Source of the DNA: Octopus bimaculoides
Taxonomy: Eukaryota
Assembly (NCBI RefSeq): GCF_001194135.2
Contig: NC_069001.1
Location: forward strand, 19,678,388-19,720,554
Direction of reading: 5' to 3'
Length of the DNA stretch: 42,167 nt
Position numbers and translations under genes: made by a program. Shown piece after piece: positions 34,946-42,167 of this stretch. Positions within the stretch are counted from its first letter, which is position 1; the number at the start of each line of letters is the position of its first letter. Under the pieces are notes generated by a model, which was not told the DNA's origin, searched no databases, and saw only the letters and a program-made list of their open reading frames with translations.

Positions 34946-35600
34946 TATATGTATATATATATATATATATATATNNNNNNNNNNNNNNNNNNNNNNNNNN
35001 NNNNNNNNNNNNNNNNNNNNNNNNNNNNNNNNNNNNNNNNNNNNNNNNNNNNNNNNNNNNNNNNNNNNNNNNNNNNNNNNNNNNNNNNNNNNNNNNNNNN
35101 NNNNNNNNNNNNNNNNNNNNNNNNNNNNNNNNNNNNNNNNNNNNNNNNNNNNNNNNNNNNNNNNNNNNNNNNNNNNNNNNNNNNNNNNNNNNNNNNNNNN
35201 NNNNNNNNNNNNNNNNNNNNNNNNNNNNNNNNNNNNNNNNNNNNNNNNNNNNNNNNNNNNNNNNNNNNNNNNNNNNNNNNNNNNNNNNNNNNNNNNNNNN
35301 NNNNNNNNNNNNNNNNNNNNNNNNNNNNNNNNNNNNNNNNNNNNNNNNNNNNNNNNNNNNNNNNNNNNNNNNNNNNNNNNNNNNNNNNNNNNNNNNNNNN
35401 NNNNNNNNNNNNNNNNNNNNNNNNNNNNNNNNNNNNNNNNNNNNNNNNNNNNNNNNNNNNNNNNNNNNNNNNNNNNNNNNNNNNNNNNNNNNNNNNNNNN
35501 NNNNNNNNNNNNNNNNNNNNNNNNNNNNNNNNNNNNNNNNNNNNNNNNNNNNNNNNNNNNNNNNNNNNNNNNNNNNNNNNNNNNNNNNNNNNNNNNNNNN

Positions 35601-35730
35601 CGATTGCAGGCAGTGACCTGAATAATAATAATAATAACATTGAAAAGTACCTTAGGAATGAGAATTCAGGTTCCAAATTTCCCCAAGATACCTGATGAAG
35701 GCTGGAGGGTATATCAGCGGAAATGTGTTA
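35601..35730 (+). mobile_element. tRNA-head/(AAT)n/hammerhead element, plus copy truncated just after the ribozyme
   Basis: End of B box CGATT.CAGGCAGTGACC, (AAT)n, CTTAGGAATGAGAA...GATAC-CTGATGA-A-GGCTG...CAGCG-GAAA-T-GTGTT (CGT deleted at the cleavage site). Confidence 0.8.
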
Positions 35731-37249
35731 ACGTCCGCTTTCCATGCTAGCATGGGTTGGACGATTTGACTGAGGTCTGGCGAACCAGATGGCTGCACCA
35801 GGCTCCAGTCTGATCTGGCAGAGTTTCTACAGCTGGATGCCCTTCCTAATGCCAACCACTTCGAGAGTGTAGTGGGTGCTTTTACATGCCACCGGCACAT
35901 GTGCCAGTAATACGACACTGGTAACGATCACGTTCAAATGGTGCTTTTTATGTGCCACCGGCATGGAAACCAGACAGCTACTCTGGCAATGATCCTGCTC
36001 GGCTGGTGCTGTTAGCGCTCCACTGGCAGTCATCGAATTTGGTTCAATTTCGATTTCACTTGCCCCAACAGGTCTTCGCAAGTAAAATTTAGTGTCCAAT
36101 GAAGGAAGGTTGGCATGGGTGCCAGTCGTCAAATTTGGTTCGATTTCAATTTCAGTTGCCTCATCAGACCTTCACAAGCAGAGTTTTGAGTCCAAAGAAG
36201 GAAAGGTATGCATAAGTGGGCTAGCTACACCCCTGCTAAAGGCCACGGGTTATGGTCTCACTTGTCTTGCCAGGTCTTCTCACGCACAGCATATTTCCAA
36301 AGGTCTCGGTCACTAGTCATTGCCTCGGTGAGGCTTAANNNNNNNNNNNNNNNNNNNNNNNNNNNNNNNNNNNNNNNNNNNNNNNNNNNNNNNNNNNNNN
36401 NNNNNNNNNNNNNNNNNNNNNNNNNNNNNNNNNNNNNNNNNNNNNNNNNNNNNNNNNNNNNNNNNNNNNNNNNNNNNNNNNNNNNNNNNNNNNNNNNNNN
36501 NNNNNNNNNNNNNNNNNNNNNNNNNNNNNNNNNNNNNNNNNNNNNNNNNNNNNNNNNNNNNNNNNNNNNNNNNNNNNNNNNNNNNNNNNNNNNNNNNNNN
36601 NNNNNNNNNNNNNNNNNNNNNNNNNNNNNNNNNNNNNNNNNNNNNNNNNNNNNNNNNNNNNNNNNNNNNNNNNNNNNNNNNNNNNNNNNNNNNNNNNNNN
36701 NNNNNNNNNNNNNNNNNNNNNNNNNNNNNNNNNNNNNNNNNNNNNNNNNNNNNNNNNNNNNNNNNNNNNNNNNNNNNNNNNNNNNNNNNNNNNNNNNNNN
36801 NNNNNNNNNNNNNNNNNNNNNNNNNNNNNNNNNNNNNNNNNCCTAGGTAACAGAAGCTATCAACTACTAGTTTTTTTCCCTGGAATTTGGCAGAAGTTGT
36901 TCTCTGCACATTTTCAGTGTTTATTGCTCATGAGCATCTGCCACATACAAAAACTATCTTCCTAGTTAGCCTTCCTTTGATATTTCTGCACCTCTTATGT
37001 ATCCATAGCTTATACTGGGTACATCTTATAGAGTTTCTACTTATGCCTTTTCTACCTGAAGGGGTTTGTGTTTTGTCTACCTTCCTACTTATTAGGACTT
37101 TGGTTTTAGCTAGGTTGACTCTAAGGCCCTTCGATTCTAGTCCCTGCTTCCACACCTGAAACTTCTCCTCTAGCTATGGTAGTGACTCAGCAATTAGTGC
37201 AAGGCCATCAGCATATAGGAGCTCCCAGGGGTATCCTGTCTTGAATTCC
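35727..37249 (-). mobile_element. 5'-truncated RTE LINE (RT C-terminal part and 3'UTR), spanning an N gap
   Basis: Minus WELLYADGL...WKQGLESKGLRVNLAKTK (36928-37249). 3'UTR 35727-36260 lacks the (GAT)n tail. Confidence 0.88.
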
Positions 37250-37455
37250 ACACACACACACACACAGAGAGAGAGAAAGAGAGAGAATAAACAGATGAGA
37301 TCCAGAGATTCTCAATATTGAAAACACTTAGCAGCACTGAAATGATTTGAACTTACACTCCGAAACCTTTACCGAGGACCAAGTCTACTGGGCTACAAGA
37401 GGAATTCAGGTGAGTAGATATGGAGATAATGATGCAAATAAACAAATAAAGCTTC

Positions 37456-38094
37456 TTGGGTTAGATATACAATATATATATACCTGTGTACAATTAAATG
37501 GAGAGAAAGCAAAGACTGAAAATTTTCAGAGGATGAATATTCAAGTATAAATACATAGTTATTTATATAACAAACGAGAGAAAGAGAAAATGGAATTCAT
37601 GAAATTCTTTATTAATCAAAACAATCATTTTGACATATCTTGCATTGGTCCCTCACAGGTGACATTCTGGACAACTGGTTGTGGTGCATCCTTCAGTGCA
37701 GATGTGTCGCGTCAGGTGACTTTCCAAAAGGTACCTAGCTCAACAAACTCGTTTCACTTGGTTCTTTTATAATGCATGTTGTTATTTGCCTGTAGTTGGT
37801 TGCCTACAGGTCTCAAGGTTTGGAATAGTTACTTATACATTAAAAGAGCAAACTTACAAAGACACGGAAATTTAAAGGGGAAGAAGGTGTGGTGATATGG
37901 ACATGTAACACCATACGTTCTCTGCCTTTATATTTCTGTCTTTCTACTATGTGTAAGTTTGCTCTGTTAATGTATAAATATCTATATATCTATTCTTGAA
38001 TATTTATCATCTGAAAATTTTCAGTCTTTTCTCTCTCTCTCTCTCTCTATTTAATTGTATACATGTATATATATATATTGTAAATCTAACCCAA
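37456..38094. repeat. Split inverted repeat (fold-back)
   Basis: 37923-38094 is the reverse complement of 37833-37880 plus 37456-37571. Loop ~40 nt, with an extra ~260 bp in the left arm. Confidence 0.75.
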
Positions 38095-38107
38095 ACAATT
38101 TTATTCA

Positions 38108-38163
38108 TACAGTTCTATATTTAAGAGATGAGAAATTATGTACATTATTTACATTTGACGGAT
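38108..38163 (-). mobile_element. Isolated 3' end of the tRNA/hammerhead element
   Basis: Reverse complement ATCCGTCAAATGTAAATAATGTACATAATTTCTCATCTCTTAAATATAGAACTGTA matches 16767-16813 and 15788-15810. Confidence 0.8.
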
Positions 38164-40186
38164 GAGGGTTGGCAACGAGTACATTGAAGAATTCCGGGTA
38201 GAGGTAGGGGTCCACCAAGGTTCAGGCCTCAGCCCTCTCCCATTTATCATAGACCTCCAGGCAATAACAGAGGAATTCAAGACTGGATGTCCCTGGGAGC
38301 TCCTCTATGCTGATGACCTTGCTCTAATTCCTGAGCCACTATCAGAACTAGAGAAAAAGTTTCAGGTGTGGAAGCAGGGACTAGAATCGAAGGGCCTTAG
38401 AGTCAACCTAGCTAAAACCAAAGTCCTAATAAGTAGGAAGGTAGACAAAACACAAACCCCTTCAGGTAGATGGCCCTGCTAGATCTGTAGAAAAGGCGTA
38501 GGTAGAAACTCTATAAGATGCACCCAGTGCAAGCTTTGGACACATAAGAGGTGCAGCAATATCAAAGGAAGGTTAACTGGAAGGATAGTTTTTGTATGTG
38601 GGGGATGCTCAGGAGCAATAAACACTGGAAANNNNNNNNNNNNNNNNNNNNNNNNNNNNNNNNNNNNNNNNNNNNNNNNNNNNNNNNNNNNNNNNNNNNN
38701 NNNNNNNNNNNNNNNNNNNNNNNNNNNNNNNNNNNNNNNNNNNNNNNNNNNNNNNNNNNNNNNNNNNNNNNNNNNNNNNNNNNNNNNNNNNNNNNNNNNN
38801 NNNNNNNNNNNNNNNNNNNNNNNNNNNNNNNNNNNNNNNNNNNNNNNNNNNNNNNNNNNNNNNNNNNNNNNNNNNNNNNNNNNNNNNNNNNNNNNNNNNN
38901 NNNNNNNNNNNNNNNNNNNNNNNNNNNNNNNNNNNNNNNNNNNNNNNNNNNNNNNNNNNNNNNNNNNNNNNNNNNNNNNNNNNNNNNNNNNNNNNNNNNN
39001 NNNNNNNNNNNNNNNNNNNNNNNNNNNNNNNNNNNNNNNNNNNNGTGACTGCTGAAGACATGCGTAGACTCATAAGGAATGAAGCCAGTATGCTCCGATG
39101 GATGTGTAATGTCAGTGTGCATACTAGACAGAGTGTAAGTACCTTGAGAGAAAAGTTGAACCTCAGAAGCATCAGTTGTGGTTTGCAAGAGAGACGATTG
39201 TGCTTGTATGGTCATGTGGCAAGAATGGATGACGATAGCTGTGTGAAAAAGTGCCACTCCCTAGCAGTTGAGGGAACCTGTGGAAGAGGTAGACCCAGGA
39301 AGACTTGGGATGAGGTGGTGAGGCACGACCTTCGAACATTGGGCCTCACCGAGGCGATGACTTCTGACCGAGACCTTTGGAAATACACTGTGCGCGAGAA
39401 GACCCGGCAAGCCAAGTGAGACCTAAATCCAAGGCTTCTGCCAGGGATGTAGCCAGCCCACTTATGCGTACCTTCCTCCATTGGGCACAAAACTCCACTT
39501 GCGAAGACCTATTGAAGCTAGTGAAATCTGAATCGAAATCGAACTAAATTCGATGACTGGCACCCATGCCAATGCCATCTCCTTCATTGGACACGAAACT
39601 TGGCTTGTGAAAACCTGTTGGGGCAAACGAATGCAAAATCCTGATGGCACCTGTGCCCAGCGTCGCCTTCCTGGCACTTGTGCCGGTGGCACGTGTAAAG
39701 ACATTCAAATGAGATCATTGCCAGTGCCGCTGGACTGGCTCCTATGCAGGACACGAAACTAGGCTTGTGAAGACCTGTTAAGCAAGCGAAAGCAAAATCG
39801 TGATGGCACCTGTGCCCAGCGTCGCCTTTCTGGTACTTGTGCCGGTGGCATGTGTAAAGACATTCGAGCAAGATCGTGCCAGTGCCGTTGGACTGNNNNN
39901 NNNNNNNNNNNNNNNNNNNNNNNNNNNNNNNNNNNNNNNNNNNNNNNNNNNNNNNNNNNNNNNNNNNNNNNNNNNNNNNNNNNNNNNCCTGACTGGCCTT
40001 TGTGCTGGTGGCACGTAAAAGCACCCACTACACTCTTGGAGTGGTTGGCGTTAGGAAGGGCATCCAGCTGTAGAGGCTCTGCCAAATCAGATTGGAGCCT
40101 GGTGTAGCCATCCAGTTCACCAGTCCCCAGTCAAATCGTCCAACCCATGCTAGCATGGAAAGCGGACGTTAAACGATGATGATGAT
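38163..40186 (+). mobile_element. 5'-truncated RTE LINE (RT, C-terminus, long 3'UTR, (GAT)n)
   Basis: VGVHQGSGLSPLPF...WELLYADDL (38162-38482), GRGRPRKTWDEVV...RQAK* (to 39419), 3'UTR with a 160-bp tandem duplication (39589/39749), tail 40175-40186. Confidence 0.93.
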
Positions 40187-40524
40187 AGACACACACACAC
40201 ACAAATATATACATACCTACACTTAGACATTTCTATATAGAAACACTCACATATTTACATGTGCACACACATTCCCACCAAAACGGCTGTAATAAATTTA
40301 AAATAGCCTTTGTGTTCTGTTATATATGTGTATGTATATGTATATATATATACATATATATATATATATGTATGTATGTATGTATTTTTTCAATGTGTAC
40401 AAATACCACAGAAAAAAAAAAAATTATTACCAGGGTAGCAAAAATTCACATAAGTTCCAAGGATATTACAGGTAGAAATAAGGGTAGAAATTCCAAGGTT
40501 TAGTGAAATGTTTTTTTATAACAG

Positions 40525-41838
40525 ATAAATTAAGAAATGAAGTCAAACGCAGGTGTTATTCAAATCGTTATACTTCCGAGATATGCTTCAAAGGAAACAT
40601 TGATATTCCAGAGGGAAAAAATGATGTAAAACAATGCAATCATCTCATCAGGAAAAAAAAAAGAGAAACAAAACACATCAGTAAGCCATTTTAACTGAAT
40701 ATGATTACCACATATATGATGAAGGGGAATGTTGGCATGTTATTTTTTTAAAAACCATTAATAGATTTAAGATCAAAGGCAATTTAGAGAAAGAGAAGGA
40801 GAAAGAAACAAATTAACAGAAAATTAAGAGCGATGAAATATAGTGCGATAGATGAATGGGAATAAAACTTAAAAGCATAGAAATAGATATATATAGTGGA
40901 AATGAAATGTAAGAAGACAGTTAAAGGTCAAATTTTATAGATTGGTTGAAATTTCTTTGTGTACAAGTAAAGGTATGTTTTTGCCAATGTTTACAACAAT
41001 AAATACGTTCTTTAAATGTGTTTACTAGAGAATTCTCTGAAAAGAGGATGAGAAATTGTTCTTCGTTACAGAGCAGACAAAAAGATTTACATAGGTAGTT
41101 CATCGTCTCAGTTGTCGCAAAGAATATCTAACCATTACTGTACATTGAGGCATATCAATAAATGCAACAATATTGGGCTTAGTAAATTAATTTGGTCTCT
41201 AAAGGAACATAAACAATTTGATTTGGAATGGAATATTCTATCTAGATCCTTCCCACATGATAAAGGTAAATCTTTTTTTCCACTCTGTAATGAAGAACAA
41301 TTTCTCGTCCTGTTCTCAGAGAATTCTCTTGTAAACATGTTTAAAGAACGCGTTTATCGTTGTAAACATTGGTAAAAACATACCTTTAGTTCCCATCAAT
41401 AATTTCAACCAATCTATAAAATTTGACCTTTAATTGTCTTCTTACATTTCATTTCTACTACATATATCTATTTCCATGCTTTTAAGCTTTATTCCCATTC
41501 ATCTATCACACTATATTTCTCCACTCTTAATTTTCTGTTAATTTCTTTCTTTCTCCTCCTTCTCTTTCTTTAAATTGCCTTTGACATTAAATCTATTAAT
41601 GGTTTTTTAGAAAATAACTTGCCAGTGTTCCCCTTCATCATATACACGGTAATCACATTCAGTTAAAATGGCTTATTAATGTGTTTTGTTTCTCTCTTTT
41701 TTTTTTCCTGATGAGATAATTGCATTGTTTTACATCATTTTATTCCCTCTGGAATAATATCAATGTTTTCTTTGAAACATATGTCGGAAGTATAAAGGTT
41801 TGAATAACACCTGCATTTGGCTCTATTTCTTAATTTAT
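40525..41838. mobile_element. Penelope-like element 3' end in inverted (fold-back) configuration
   Basis: Arms 40525-41090 and 41266-41838 are inverted copies. Plus ORF 41112-41375 (LSKLIWSLKE...EWNILSR...LCNEEQ...CKHW) resembles the C-terminus of PLE GIY-YIG ORFs. Confidence 0.8.
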
Positions 41839-41839
41839 A

Positions 41840-42167
41840 CAGAACACAGGTACAAGATTTTCTGAGCAGGGAACACTGACGGGGTTGGGGGCGTAGGAAT
41901 ACTTCTAGCGGAGAAATAGGTGGATAAGGTAATCGAGGTCGTTAGAGTAAGTGACAGAGTACTTAAGATTAGACTAGTGCTTCATCATAGATTAGCTACT
42001 GTCATCTCAGCCTATGCACCTCAACCGGGGCTACCAGATGGTCTGAAAGACCAATTCTATGACACCCTCTTGCAAACTACCTCGTCGACGAGTGACAGGG
42101 ACCTTCTCTTTGTGGCTGGAGACTTCAATGGTCATGTCGGACGTCGTGCTGCAGGCTTCCATGGCAT
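41840..42167 (+). mobile_element. RTE LINE apurinic-like endonuclease fragment (runs off the window)
   Basis: GNTDGVGGVGILLAEK*VDKV...VISAYAPQPG...FVAGDFNGHVG. Confidence 0.9.

Noticed and set aside
37659-37731. Candidate QTRT2 exon 7 (CAG|GT GAC ATT CTG GAC...AAG|GTACCT)
   Set aside because: Phase fits, but the translation (GDILDNWLWCILQCRC...) does not resemble the expected FLLDGF...LPEDKPR and it lies inside a repeat.
1-42167. CRISPR arrays, rRNA, operons or prokaryotic systems
   Set aside because: The sequence is eukaryotic with spliceosomal introns. No regularly spaced repeat-spacer array or rRNA-like sequence was seen.

Overview
AT-rich, microsatellite-rich animal genomic DNA with six N gaps. 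The repeat landscape suggests a cephalopod (Octopus-like), which is an inference. One host gene is recognisable and is largely missed by the ORF track: six small + strand coding exons (8588-26316) of a queuine tRNA-ribosyltransferase accessory subunit (QTRT2/QTRTD1) homolog. Its remaining exons were not found. Most of the rest is nested, decayed transposons: two Ty3/Gypsy elements (one with both LTRs), a Helitron, L1/Tx1-like, RTE and restriction-like-endonuclease (RLE) LINE fragments, pogo, mariner and Tc1/maT-like DNA transposons, Penelope-like (PLE) remnants and tRNA-derived SINEs. The most striking unannotated signal is a set of type I hammerhead ribozyme (HHR) motifs from two, possibly three, families. 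One family is a short element of tRNA-like Pol III head + (AAT)n + minimal hammerhead; its two fully bounded insertions are head-to-head fold-backs flanked by 12-bp target-site duplications (TSDs), the architecture expected if Penelope machinery mobilises it. A separate, core-intact hammerhead sits beside a 163-bp near-perfect palindrome inside a 14-bp-TSD insertion. All coordinates were counted by hand, and TE boundaries without a TIR or TSD are approximate.
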